38,686 nucleotides of DNA from Actinomycetes bacterium (GCA_031422355.1 JANOQU010000199.1:1-38686); one strand, 5' to 3'; shown: positions 15,644-24,603, counted from the stretch's first letter. Program-made: numbers and translations. Notes: generated from the sequence alone by a model not told the origin.

Positions 15644-17515
15644 ATGAAACTCTTTCGATGTACCGCAATCGCTGCGCTGGTTTGCGCCATGGCGATTCCC
15701 GCCAGTGTGGCGGCTACTGACCCTGAACCGGGTGGCGGTTCTGCCGACGACGGAGTCGTTGTCGGCGACGACCACCATCAGCACGGACTGACGTCGGGTC
15801 ACCTGCCGGCCGTGCAAAACAATGTGCGTGTAGTCGGCAAGGCCGAAGTGACGAATCAGACGCCGGGTCAGACCAACGATGGACGCGTCGCTGACGTCTT
15901 TCATTTCCGCAACTATGCCTACCTCAACGCGTTCCGATCGCCAACGTGCGAGAACACCGGTGTCCATGTCGTCGACATCCACGACCTTGAGAACCCGTTC
16001 GAAGTAGCGGATGCGTTCATCCCAACCAGTCCCGGCAACTTCGTCGGTGAAGGTATCCAGGTCCTGCGGATCAGCAACAAGCAGTTCAAGGGTGACGTCC
16101 TGATCCATCAAAACGAAAGTTGCCCGGGTGTGACGCCAGCCGCTGGCCAGACCGGCGGCATCTCGCTGTGGGACGTCACCGATCCACTCAACGCCCAGCC
16201 ACTTGCTCTTCACGCTGGCGACTACGACGGGGGGACGCGGGCCAACCAGACACACTCGGAATTCGCGTGGAACAACATCATTGACGGCAAGACCTACGTT
16301 GCGCTCGTCGACGCCGAAGAGTTGGCCGACGTCGACATCATGGATATCACGGACCCACGCCACCCGGTGATGGTCAATGACACGTTGGACCTCGACACCG
16401 TGTTCGGCGTGAGTCAGCCGACTCCGAGCAATCTCACATCGTCGTTCTCACACGACATGATGGTGCAGCGCATCGGCAAGAGATACGTCATGAACGTGAG
16501 CTATTGGGATGGCGGCTATGTACTCCTCGATGTCACGAACCCGGCCAATGCGTCACTGATCGCCGAGTCCGATTTCGCTGCGCTCGACGAGGAGCGCCTT
16601 GCGCGTGGGCACCAGATCAGCCCGGAGGGGAATGCGCACCAGTCCGAGATCAGCAACAACGGGAAATACCTCATCGGCACAGACGAGGATTTCGGACCAT
16701 ACCGCATCGTTGCCACCATTGACTCTGGACCATTCGCAGGCACCGAATTCACCGCCACCTCGGGGAACGCCGTTCCGTCGATCGCGCCCGGGACGTCCAT
16801 TGTCGGTGGAACGACATACGTTGGCCGTGCGTGCGGGGTGACCGAAGGTCCAATCGCTGGGGGGAGTGGCGTTGCGCTCGTCGAGCGAGGCGTCTGCTCA
16901 TTCCAAGAGAAGCTGGACACGATCACCGCCGCCGGTTATAGCTCCGGGATCGTCTTCAATAACGTCCGTCCCGATTGCGAGGCGCGAGTGACGATGTTGG
17001 CTGCTGGCACGATTCCGTTTGTGTTCGTGCCACGTTCGACCGGGCTGCAGATCCTCGGCATCAATCCAACAGCCACGCCTTGTACGGTCGCATCACCTGC
17101 GGCGCCTGTGCCGGGCAGCTCCGTGACGATCCAGGCGGTATTCGACGGCTGGGGCTATGTACGTCTGTTCAAGACGGACATACCGAAGAACGGAGGTCCC
17201 GGATCGATCACGCAGATCGACACCTACACAGTGCCGGAAGCGCAAGAGCCGGCATACGCCACCGGCTTCGGGGCCTTGAGCGTCCACGAAGTAGCCATTG
17301 ACCCGACGGAGAACCTGGCGTACTTCTCGTACTACACCGCCGGACTCCGGGTGGCGCGCTACTCCGATGCAGGCCTGGTAGAGGTTGGTGCCTTCATCGA
17401 CGAAGGAGGCAACGACTTCTGGGGTGTCGACATCATCGAGAGGGACGGCAACATCTACGTGCTGGCGAGCGATCGCGACTTTGGCCTGTACGTCCTCGAA
17501 TACGTCGGAGGCTAA
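15644..17515 (+). CDS. Secreted LVIVD-repeat-like beta-propeller protein with an inserted PA (protease-associated) domain
   Basis: ATG at 15644 with GAGGAG 7 nt upstream. Signal peptide MKLFRCTAIAALVCAMAIPASVAA. PA-domain block GSGVALVERGVCSFQEKLDTITAAGYSSGIVFNN. Propeller-type strands YVALVD..., GGYVLLDVTNP and NIYVLASDRDFGLYVLEY. Confidence 0.65.
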   Translation: MKLFRCTAIAALVCAMAIPASVAATDPEPGGGSADDGVVVGDDHHQHGLTSGHLPAVQNNVRVVGKAEVTNQTPGQTNDGRVADVFHFRNYAYLNAFRSPTCENTGVHVVDIHDLENPFEVADAFIPTSPGNFVGEGIQVLRISNKQFKGDVLIHQNESCPGVTPAAGQTGGISLWDVTDPLNAQPLALHAGDYDGGTRANQTHSEFAWNNIIDGKTYVALVDAEELADVDIMDITDPRHPVMVNDTLDLDTVFGVSQPTPSNLTSSFSHDMMVQRIGKRYVMNVSYWDGGYVLLDVTNPANASLIAESDFAALDEERLARGHQISPEGNAHQSEISNNGKYLIGTDEDFGPYRIVATIDSGPFAGTEFTATSGNAVPSIAPGTSIVGGTTYVGRACGVTEGPIAGGSGVALVERGVCSFQEKLDTITAAGYSSGIVFNNVRPDCEARVTMLAAGTIPFVFVPRSTGLQILGINPTATPCTVASPAAPVPGSSVTIQAVFDGWGYVRLFKTDIPKNGGPGSITQIDTYTVPEAQEPAYATGFGALSVHEVAIDPTENLAYFSYYTAGLRVARYSDAGLVEVGAFIDEGGNDFWGVDIIERDGNIYVLASDRDFGLYVLEYVGG

Positions 17516-17528
17516 CGATCTGCTCACT

Positions 17529-17561
17529 GACGGTGGGGCCGAACGACTCGGCCTCACCGTC
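17529..17561 (+). terminator. Strong hairpin after the LVIVD/PA gene
   Basis: GACGGTGGGGCCGA-acgac-TCGGCCTCACCGTC forms a 14-bp stem with one G-U pair. It begins 14 nt after the stop codon. There is no U-tract, as is common in high-GC Actinobacteria. Confidence 0.45.
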
Positions 17562-17621
17562 ACGGGGCCGTCGGCGACTTCCGTGCCGGCCGTGGGGTGA
17601 GTTCGAGGCGGCTCACCTACG

Positions 17622-18650
17622 ATGGGACTCGTGGTTGCCAACTTCCCAGCGGCTCGGCCGCGCCGACTGCGCCGAACAGGCGCGCTACGCGAACTCGTGG
17701 CCGAGACTCGCCTGTCCGTCAACGACCTCGTTGCCCCGTTGTTCGTGCGGGAAGGCATCGATGCGCCGATCCCGATCACGTCGCTGCCGGGCGTCGTGCA
17801 GCACACGCTCGACAGTCTGCTGATCGAGGTCACCGAACTGGCCGACCTCGGGGTCAAGGCCGTCATCCTGTTCGGCGTACCGGCCGCCAAGGACGCAGTC
17901 GGTTCCGGCGCGTTCGATCCGGATGGCATCGTTCAGGTCGCGTTGCGAGCATTGCGCGATCGCCTCGGCGACCAAGTGGTGCTGATGGCAGATCTGTGCG
18001 TGGACGAGTACACCGATCACGGCCATTGCGGAATCGTCGATCAGCACGGCAACGTCGACAACGACTTGACGCTCGAGATCTACGCTAAGGCAGCCGTCGC
18101 CCAAGCCGATGCTGGCGCCCATGTGGTTGCTCCGAGCGGGATGATGGACGGCCAGGTCGGCGTGATCCGCGGCGCACTCGATGCTGCCGGCCACAGCGAG
18201 GTTGCGATCCTGGCCTACTCGGCCAAGTATGCGAGCGGTTTGTATGGCCCGTTCCGCGACGCTGTCGACGTGCAGATTGCCGATGGTGGCGATCGCAAGG
18301 GATATCAGCAGGACTGGCGAAACGCTCGCGAGGCACTCGTCGAGGTCGACGCAGACATCGCCCAGGGCGCCGACATGGTGATGGTCAAGCCCGCTTTGTC
18401 GTACCTGGATGTGATCGTCGCAGTCCGCCAGCGCACGAATCTTCCGGTTGCGGCGTATCACGTCAGTGGCGAGTACGCGATGGTCAAAGCTGCCGCGGCC
18501 AACGGTTGGATCGATCACGACACCGTCGCCCTCGAACAACTCACCGCCGTCAAGCGAGCAGGAGCCGACGTGATTCTGACCTACTTCACACGTTGGTTCG
18601 CAGAGCGAGAACGCGCCCTTGCCACTGCTCGTTCGGTCAGTGCGCCATGA
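17622..18650 (+). CDS. hemB: Porphobilinogen synthase (delta-aminolevulinate dehydratase)
   Basis: RPRRLRRTGALRELVAETRLSVNDLVAPLFVREG, metal-site block DLCVDEYTDHGHCG, Schiff-base lysine context MVMVKPALSYLDVI, and AYHVSGEYAM. Confidence 0.92.
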   Translation: MGLVVANFPAARPRRLRRTGALRELVAETRLSVNDLVAPLFVREGIDAPIPITSLPGVVQHTLDSLLIEVTELADLGVKAVILFGVPAAKDAVGSGAFDPDGIVQVALRALRDRLGDQVVLMADLCVDEYTDHGHCGIVDQHGNVDNDLTLEIYAKAAVAQADAGAHVVAPSGMMDGQVGVIRGALDAAGHSEVAILAYSAKYASGLYGPFRDAVDVQIADGGDRKGYQQDWRNAREALVEVDADIAQGADMVMVKPALSYLDVIVAVRQRTNLPVAAYHVSGEYAMVKAAAANGWIDHDTVALEQLTAVKRAGADVILTYFTRWFAERERALATARSVSAP

Positions 18651-19996
18651 TCCCGTACTGCGACACTGACCGTTGCGTCGCGGCGGGCTGCGTTCCAACG
18701 CTGTGCACCGGCGCCGGCGTTGCGTCGAACACCGAACTCTTCGAACGGTCGCGTCGTGCAATTCCCGGCGGCGTCAACTCGTCGATCAGGGCGTTCAAAG
18801 CCGTCGGCGGTTCGCCCTACATCGTTGCTCGGGCCGATGGCCCCTACGTGTTCGACGTCGAGGGCAAGCGTTACATCGACCTCGTCCAGAGCTACGGCGC
18901 CGTCATCCTCGGCCATGCTCATCCCCGGATCACCGCCGCCATCGTCGCCGCAGCGGCCGACGGCACTTCCTACGGAGCGCCAACGGCGCGAGAGATGAAA
19001 TTGGCCGAAGCGATCCGCGAGCGGGTACCCAGTTGTGAGCGTGTCCGCCTGATGAACAGCGGCACCGAGGCAACCAGTACAGCGATCCGGCTGGCCCGTG
19101 GCGTCACCGGCCGCGATCGGATCCTGACGTTCGATGGCAACTTCCACGGAGCGACCGACGCCCTGCTCGTGGCCGGCGGTAGCGGCATCGCGACGCTCGG
19201 CTTGCCGGGGACGGCGGGCGTTCCCGATGCAACGGTTGCGAACACAATCGTCGCCCCCTACAACGTCGTACCGGTTCTCGATGATCAGGTCGCGGCCGTG
19301 ATTGTCGAGCCGGTTGCTGCGAATATGGGTGTCGTCGGGCCGGCGCCAGGCTTTCTCGCCGGTTTGCGCGCAGAATGCGACCGGGTCGGCGCGTTGCTGA
19401 TCTTCGACGAGGTGATCACCGGATTCCGACTTGGAACAGGCGGCGCTCAGGCGAAGTACGACATCACGCCGGACCTGACGTGCTTCGGCAAGATCATCGG
19501 CGGCGGGCTGCCAATCGGAGCGGTTGGGGGTCGGGCCGACGTGATGGAGAACATGACCCCGATCGGCAAGGTCTTCCATGCCGGCACGCTCGCCGGTAAC
19601 CCGATCGCCACTGCGGCCGGTCTGGCCGCGATCGACGAACTGACCGGCGACGTGTACATGGAGTTGATGGCTCGTGCCCGACGACTGTCGGGAGTGTTGC
19701 GCGATGCGTGTTCGTCGAATGGGATTGCAGCGCAGTTTCCGGTGGTCGGCACGCTGGTCGGGATGTACTTCGGCGATGGTGATCTGCCGACCAATTTCGA
19801 TCAGGCCAAGACCACGAACGAGTCCGTGTATGCAGCGCTCTTCCAAGCGGCGCTGCGCGAGGGTATTGCGCTTGCTCCCGGAGCATACGAAGCGGTGTTC
19901 GTCGGCCTCGGCCACGACGACGATGTGATCGACCAGATCGGCGAAAAGATGCACGCCGCCGCCCACCAAGTTTCGCGAACGAATCTGCCTGCCTGA
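18647..19996 (+). CDS. hemL: Glutamate-1-semialdehyde 2,1-aminomutase
   Basis: LFERSRRAIPGGVNSSIRAFKAVGG, FDEVITGFR, and the PLP-lysine block CFGKIIGGGLPIGA. The ATG at 18647 overlaps the hemB stop (ATGA). No other ATG/GTG/TTG lies between it and the conserved core. Confidence 0.9.
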   Translation: MIPYCDTDRCVAAGCVPTLCTGAGVASNTELFERSRRAIPGGVNSSIRAFKAVGGSPYIVARADGPYVFDVEGKRYIDLVQSYGAVILGHAHPRITAAIVAAAADGTSYGAPTAREMKLAEAIRERVPSCERVRLMNSGTEATSTAIRLARGVTGRDRILTFDGNFHGATDALLVAGGSGIATLGLPGTAGVPDATVANTIVAPYNVVPVLDDQVAAVIVEPVAANMGVVGPAPGFLAGLRAECDRVGALLIFDEVITGFRLGTGGAQAKYDITPDLTCFGKIIGGGLPIGAVGGRADVMENMTPIGKVFHAGTLAGNPIATAAGLAAIDELTGDVYMELMARARRLSGVLRDACSSNGIAAQFPVVGTLVGMYFGDGDLPTNFDQAKTTNESVYAALFQAALREGIALAPGAYEAVFVGLGHDDDVIDQIGEKMHAAAHQVSRTNLPA

Positions 19997-20007
19997 CGGT
20001 CACTTTC

Positions 20008-20025
20008 CTTGCAAACTCTTGCAAG
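20008..20025 (+). terminator. Hairpin after hemL
   Basis: CTTGCAA-actc-TTGCAAG, a 7-bp perfect stem, 12 nt after the hemL stop. Confidence 0.35.
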
Positions 20026-20097
20026 CGCGACCCGCGGTGCGATTGGCAATGACCGCTGACGCAGTTCGCCGGACAGGCTCGCGTACGCTCGACACCG

Positions 20098-20856
20098 ATG
20101 CGGCAGTTCTTCTCGTGGCGAGTCTGGTTTGCGTTTGCCGCGTTGGTCGGTCTAACGCTGCTGCTCAAGGTGGTCTTGCCAGCCGATGCGAGCAAGCAAT
20201 CCGTCGCAAACGGCCCACCCGAGCGAACGGTTGACTTCGTCTCATTCATCTATCAGGTCCAGCCGGGTACCCGATTCTTCATCCTCGACGGCGTCGTCAG
20301 CGGCTCGGCCGACGTCATCATCGACGGGCAGCGGACGATGCACATCGTCGAGGGAACACCCGGCGCGATCAATTGTCCTGACTACGAAGAGATCGGTCGG
20401 TGCGTCGTTGTTGCCGACTTACTTGGCGACGCAGTCGTGTGGTTCGAGATCGTTCCGGTCAGACCCGGCTACAAGGTGAATGCGGCTCCGGTTGTGGAAA
20501 TTGTCGACGACACGCTGGTCCGGCTCGACAACGGATGGCTGATCCGAACCGCCAACAGCGTCGATCGTCGGTGCAAGCAGGAGACCGGTTCGTTGTCCGA
20601 GTTCATCACCAACTTCGGCCCGGGCAGCACGACCATCATCGATGTCGCGACCCAGAAGGTCAGCGCGGTCGTCTGCGCAGATACGGATCCAACTGAATCA
20701 TCGACAACGGTTCCGACGCCGACCACCGTTGCCGCGACGCTGCTGCCAGGCTCTGCAACCTCGATCGCGATCCCGAGCACCTCGATCCCGAACAACGTCA
20801 ACCCCAGTAGCACGATCCCTGTCGTTACAGCGGTCGAACCGATCCCCGACGAATGA
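20098..20856 (+). CDS. Membrane-anchored/secreted hypothetical protein with a Ser/Thr/Pro-rich tail
   Basis: N-terminal hydrophobic anchor WRVWFAFAALVGLTLLLKVVLPA, four Cys in the body, and a C-terminal low-complexity TESSTTVPTPTTVAATLLPGSATS... No family is recognised. Confidence 0.5.
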   Translation: MRQFFSWRVWFAFAALVGLTLLLKVVLPADASKQSVANGPPERTVDFVSFIYQVQPGTRFFILDGVVSGSADVIIDGQRTMHIVEGTPGAINCPDYEEIGRCVVVADLLGDAVVWFEIVPVRPGYKVNAAPVVEIVDDTLVRLDNGWLIRTANSVDRRCKQETGSLSEFITNFGPGSTTIIDVATQKVSAVVCADTDPTESSTTVPTPTTVAATLLPGSATSIAIPSTSIPNNVNPSSTIPVVTAVEPIPDE

Positions 20857-20886
20857 TCTGCGGCGCACGAGACGGCGGACTGCGTT

Positions 20887-20924
20887 CTGGCACAGATCCG
20901 CACCGCGGCGGTCTTCCGTGCCAG
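20887..20924. terminator. Hairpin between convergent genes
   Basis: CTGGCAC ... GTGCCAG (7-bp arms) enclosing CCGC-acc-GCGG. It lies between the stops at 20856 (+) and 20946 (-). Confidence 0.35.
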
Positions 20925-20945
20925 CCGCAAAGGCCGCCGAACGGA

Positions 20946-21902
20946 CTAGGACGCGAGCACGGCCGAGGCGGCGGCTCGGCCCGAGAGCACCGCACCCTCA
21001 ACTTTTGGCCCACCGAAGGCATCGCCGGCGAGCACGAGCGGGCCGCGCCCGACGGGAGCGGTCCAGCATCGCTCGGGCCAGATCGATCGAGGAGTACCGA
21101 AACGCCAGCGCTTGACTTGGGCGTTGATGATCGCTGCGCCGCCGATGAAGTCGGCAGCCGCGACTGTCAGCGCATCGGTCACCGTGGCAACGTCGTCGCC
21201 CCAATGCGCTTCGCTCCACGTCGCGTTGGCATGGATCGTGAGCGCCGCGGCATGGCTGACGCCCTTGCGCTGATTGTCGGCGACGAAGCTCAGCGTGTCG
21301 GTCGGATTCTGCAAGCCGCCGGGTTCAGGAACCAACGGTGCGTCGGACAGTCCGAGGAGCAACGAGATCGTGCGGTCGTACTCGGTGCGAATCAGGGTCT
21401 CCGGCAATTCGATCCCGGAGGGCATCACCAACGAGTACGACTGCGGAACGGGGCACGTCACGATCACAGCATCGGCTTCGATCGCGGTGCCGTCGTCGAG
21501 GCCGACCGACCAAGCCAATTTGGCACCGTCGCGCACGGCGAAGACAAGTGAATTGGAGCGCACGTCCAATGGTGCGGCGACGAGCTTCGCCAGGGCGTTC
21601 ATGCCGCCGCGCACCGCGTAGCGCGGATGGCCGTCGCCGACGGCCGTGAAGCCCGTGCACCATTCATAGACCAAGCCGCTGTCGATGTGCGGCTGAATCT
21701 CGGCAGCAAATTCGTCGCTGCGAACCGTGAAGAACTGAGCGCCGTGGTCGAATGTTGCAGCGCCGATCCGTCGGGTCGCCATCCGTCCCCCCGGGCCCCG
21801 GCCCTTGTCGAGGACTACCACCGAATGTCCTGCCTCGACCAAGCTGGTCGCGGCGCTCAGACCGGCAAGCCCTGCACCGACGACAACGACGACGGCGTTC
21901 AT
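20946..21902 (-). CDS. FAD/NAD(P)-binding oxidoreductase (amine-oxidase/renalase-like)
   Basis: The internal ATG at 21902 gives MNAVVVVVGAGLAGLSAATSLVEAGHSVVVLDKGRGPGGRMATRR, a dinucleotide-binding GxGxxG fold. The C-terminal GDAFGGPKVEGAVLSG is typical of flavin amine oxidases. The 176-aa upstream extension in the ORF track overlaps the previous gene and was trimmed. Confidence 0.75.
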   Translation of the reverse strand: MNAVVVVVGAGLAGLSAATSLVEAGHSVVVLDKGRGPGGRMATRRIGAATFDHGAQFFTVRSDEFAAEIQPHIDSGLVYEWCTGFTAVGDGHPRYAVRGGMNALAKLVAAPLDVRSNSLVFAVRDGAKLAWSVGLDDGTAIEADAVIVTCPVPQSYSLVMPSGIELPETLIRTEYDRTISLLLGLSDAPLVPEPGGLQNPTDTLSFVADNQRKGVSHAAALTIHANATWSEAHWGDDVATVTDALTVAAADFIGGAAIINAQVKRWRFGTPRSIWPERCWTAPVGRGPLVLAGDAFGGPKVEGAVLSGRAAASAVLAS

Positions 21903-21910
21903 CAGTGGTC

Positions 21911-22786
21911 CTATGACGCAGCGCTGGCCGACGCCGCGCCGCCCGCTGCAGCCGATTCCGCCGACGGTGCGGCTCGTTCGGCCTTGACGCACCGATCGAG
22001 AAAGTCGAGCAAGAGACGGTTGAACGTGGAGGCGTGTTCCATCATCAAGCCGTGCGCCGCACCGGAGATGACGACCAGTTCCGAACCCTTGATCCGCTCC
22101 GCAAGTTCTTCGGCGTCGCCGCGTGGCGTCAGGATGTCTTGGTTGCCGACCATGATCAGTGTTGGTACGTCGAGCGTCAGCAATTCGTCTGCGATCGCGT
22201 CGTCGGTGGCGAGAATTGCCCTGACCTGAGCCACGAACGCGTGCGCCGGGCGACCGAAGGCCAACGGACCGAACCAGCCAATGAGGGGCCAGACGCGTCG
22301 AAATGATCGGGGCCCAATGACCCAACGGGCGGCCTCGCCGGCCATTGCTCCCATCCCGCGCTCGCTGGCCATCGCCGCCCACTCGTTGAGTAACTCCCGC
22401 CGCCACGGATGATGCCGACACGCTGTGCACGCGAGCGTCAGCGACCGAACCCGCTCGGGATATTTGAGGGCGAGGACCTGGCTGATCGCGCCGCCCATCG
22501 AGGCCCCGATGACGTGTGCGGATTCGATGCCGGCGTGATCGAGCACGGCGATTGCATCATCGGCCATCTGCTCAAGTGAGTACTTTCCGAACGGCTTGTC
22601 GCTGCGGCCGGCCCCCCGGTTGTCGAGCGCGATCGTGCGGTATTTCGGCGCCAGGGCCAGACGCTGAAGGTCCCAGCCATGCTTGTCGGTGCCGAGACCC
22701 TGGATCATCAGCACTGGTGGACCGCTGCGACGTCCGACTGCCTCGTAGTGCAGCCGAATGCCATCGGCCGCTCGTGCGTATGTCAC
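21911..22786 (-). CDS. Alpha/beta-fold hydrolase
   Basis: PVLMIQGLGTDKHGW, nucleophile elbow VIGASMGG, and a C-terminal GAAHGLMMEH. The preferred start is GTG at 22786, preceded by GGGGAGGG-N6 and lying 2 nt after the upstream TGA. An alternative ATG at 22807 would overlap the upstream gene by 19 nt. Confidence 0.8.
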   Translation of the reverse strand: MTYARAADGIRLHYEAVGRRSGPPVLMIQGLGTDKHGWDLQRLALAPKYRTIALDNRGAGRSDKPFGKYSLEQMADDAIAVLDHAGIESAHVIGASMGGAISQVLALKYPERVRSLTLACTACRHHPWRRELLNEWAAMASERGMGAMAGEAARWVIGPRSFRRVWPLIGWFGPLAFGRPAHAFVAQVRAILATDDAIADELLTLDVPTLIMVGNQDILTPRGDAEELAERIKGSELVVISGAAHGLMMEHASTFNRLLLDFLDRCVKAERAAPSAESAAAGGAASASAAS

Positions 22787-22788
22787 GT

Positions 22789-23508
22789 TCAGCCCTCCCC
22801 GAACCATCCGAACCGAATCCCGGTTCGGGTACCGCCCATCTCATCGAGCAGGTCCTGCAGCCGTCGCTGGGCGTGCTCGGCAAGTTCGACTTCCGCCAGT
22901 GGGCCACGGCGATTTCGACCCGAGCGCAACGCTGCTGACACTTCGACCCGTGCACCACGACTGAACATCGAACTCAATGTTGCGGCAACATGAACTGGCA
23001 CATTCTCACGGATCGCGGCGGCGACCAGTGTGTGGTCGACCGTGCCGGCGTGGCGAGGATTGCCGGTGCCTTGCGCTCCGAGGAGAACGATCTCGCCAGC
23101 CCGAAGCGCACCGCCGATCTCGTCGGCGAGTGCCAGCAATCCACCGATCCGGCGGAGGAACGGTCCAAATGGAATGTTGTCGGGGCGGCCGACGAAGCGC
23201 ACCGGTCGGCCGAGCGCTTCACTCAGGGCAAGCGCCGTCGACAGCGGTGTGAGCGCCATCGTCCGCGTATTGATGACGATGAGTGCCGCAGCCTTGGGTA
23301 GTTGCTGATGGCCGCCGACGCTGACGTCCCATCGCAGGTGAGCGAGCGGCGATATCACCTCGATCAGTCGCTTGTCACGGCCCCACTCGTCGACGGTCGG
23401 TCGCGGCCACACAATTGACACCGGCTTGGTGACCACTCGGAGCACGCGGCCGAGCGGTGCCGGTGTCGGGCGAGGCTCGAGCGGGACGACTTTGGCGGTG
23501 CTCGGCAT
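22789..23508 (-). CDS. PlsC-like acyltransferase-fold protein with degenerate catalytic motifs
   Basis: The start ATG overlaps the upstream stop (TGATG at 23506-23510). The block order resembles lysophospholipid acyltransferases: ALIVINTRTMALTP in place of xNHxSxxD, RFVGRPDNIPFGPFLRRIGG, LLGAQGTGN in place of FPEGTR, and VPVHVAAT. Confidence 0.55.
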   Translation of the reverse strand: MPSTAKVVPLEPRPTPAPLGRVLRVVTKPVSIVWPRPTVDEWGRDKRLIEVISPLAHLRWDVSVGGHQQLPKAAALIVINTRTMALTPLSTALALSEALGRPVRFVGRPDNIPFGPFLRRIGGLLALADEIGGALRAGEIVLLGAQGTGNPRHAGTVDHTLVAAAIRENVPVHVAATLSSMFSRGARVEVSAALRSGRNRRGPLAEVELAEHAQRRLQDLLDEMGGTRTGIRFGWFGEG

Positions 23509-24497
23509 CAGGCGACGCTCACTTCGGCGAGGGTCGCATCTTCGCCGGTCAGATGGATCACGGATGGCCACGCGTACAGGCTGTCGATGACATCCGACGT
23601 GCTGGTTGCTGGAGAAATTCCGAGCAGATCGTTGGCCCGCCCGCCGTCGATCAACCTGCCCCGATGAAGCGTTTCGACGACGTGTTCTGGCACTGGGGCA
23701 CCAAAGAGATGGCTCACCGTGCGAGCGATGGACCACTCCGGACCGATCAACGGAATCGGCAGGCGTCGGCCGCGCAAAATCGCCTGCCAGGCCGTGATGG
23801 CTCCGGGAGCGGCGACATTCACCGGTTGCGAGAGCCCGACCTTGGCTGCCGCCACGAGCGCGAGGGCCGCATCGAGATCGCGGAGTACTGCGAAGGGCGG
23901 GTCGGCGAGCACGCTGAACGGAACTGCCGGCAGGCGCAGGAGGCGACCGAGTGGACTTGGTACGTGCGGTCCGAGTATTGGCGCCATCCGCAGCGCCCCG
24001 ACGGTGACGCCTGTTCGTGTGCCGACGTCCAGCGCGTGGTCTTCGAGCCGGGCGGCCATCCGACCGAATTCCGACGTCGGCGCGACCGCTGCTGACTCAT
24101 CCGGACGGGTCAGCGACCCGCGTGCCCGCCCGTACACCTCGGCGGCACTTCGCACCACGAGGTGCTGCAACGACGGACATTCGGCGGCGGCGCCGAGTAT
24201 CGAGACCGCAGCACTCTCGGTCAATTGCCGAGCGGTGGCTGTGTTGACCCGGGCATCGGGTTCCCAAACGGACACATGAATCACGACGTGCGGGTCGAAC
24301 CGGGTGACGACTTCCAAGACTCGGGCCCGATTGCTCGGGTCGATCCGGTGGAATACGGCCTTGCGGAGTCGGCGTCTCGGCGGATCGACGTCGATCCCTT
24401 CGATGGGGCCGACCCAGGGCTGTGATTCGAGAACCGATGCGACGAGCGAGCCCAGTTCGCTGCCCATTCCGCTCACCAGAACCCGTTGCCCGCGCAT
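23508..24497 (-). CDS. NAD-dependent epimerase/dehydratase family protein
   Basis: The internal ATG at 24497 gives MRGQRVLVSGMGSELGSLVASVL... (Rossmann motif) and ...PHVVIHVSVWEP.... The epimerase plus acyltransferase-like pairing recalls galE2-Rv0502 downstream of proC in mycobacteria (from memory). Confidence 0.7.
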   Translation of the reverse strand: MRGQRVLVSGMGSELGSLVASVLESQPWVGPIEGIDVDPPRRRLRKAVFHRIDPSNRARVLEVVTRFDPHVVIHVSVWEPDARVNTATARQLTESAAVSILGAAAECPSLQHLVVRSAAEVYGRARGSLTRPDESAAVAPTSEFGRMAARLEDHALDVGTRTGVTVGALRMAPILGPHVPSPLGRLLRLPAVPFSVLADPPFAVLRDLDAALALVAAAKVGLSQPVNVAAPGAITAWQAILRGRRLPIPLIGPEWSIARTVSHLFGAPVPEHVVETLHRGRLIDGGRANDLLGISPATSTSDVIDSLYAWPSVIHLTGEDATLAEVSVA

Positions 24498-24583
24498 CAG
24501 GCAAAAGGTTACCGCTGCGCAGGCAATGCGGTGGCTCCGAAGCGCAGAGGTTCCGGAGGCCGTGACCGGTCCCATGACGAATT

Positions 24584-24603
24584 CTTGAGACGGATCTCTC
24601 AAG
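24584..24603. promoter_or_regulatory. Inverted repeat in the divergent epimerase / M23-peptidase promoter region
   Basis: CTTGAGA-cggatc-TCTCAAG: perfect 7-bp arms, 60 nt upstream of the peptidase GTG. Confidence 0.25.

Noticed and set aside
20946-22430. The 494-aa ORF would suggest a much larger oxidoreductase or a gene fusion.
   Set aside because: The first 176 codons are Arg-rich, have no motif, and completely overlap the alpha/beta hydrolase gene in another frame. The Rossmann GxGxxG begins right after the internal ATG at 21902, which sits 8 nt past the hydrolase stop.
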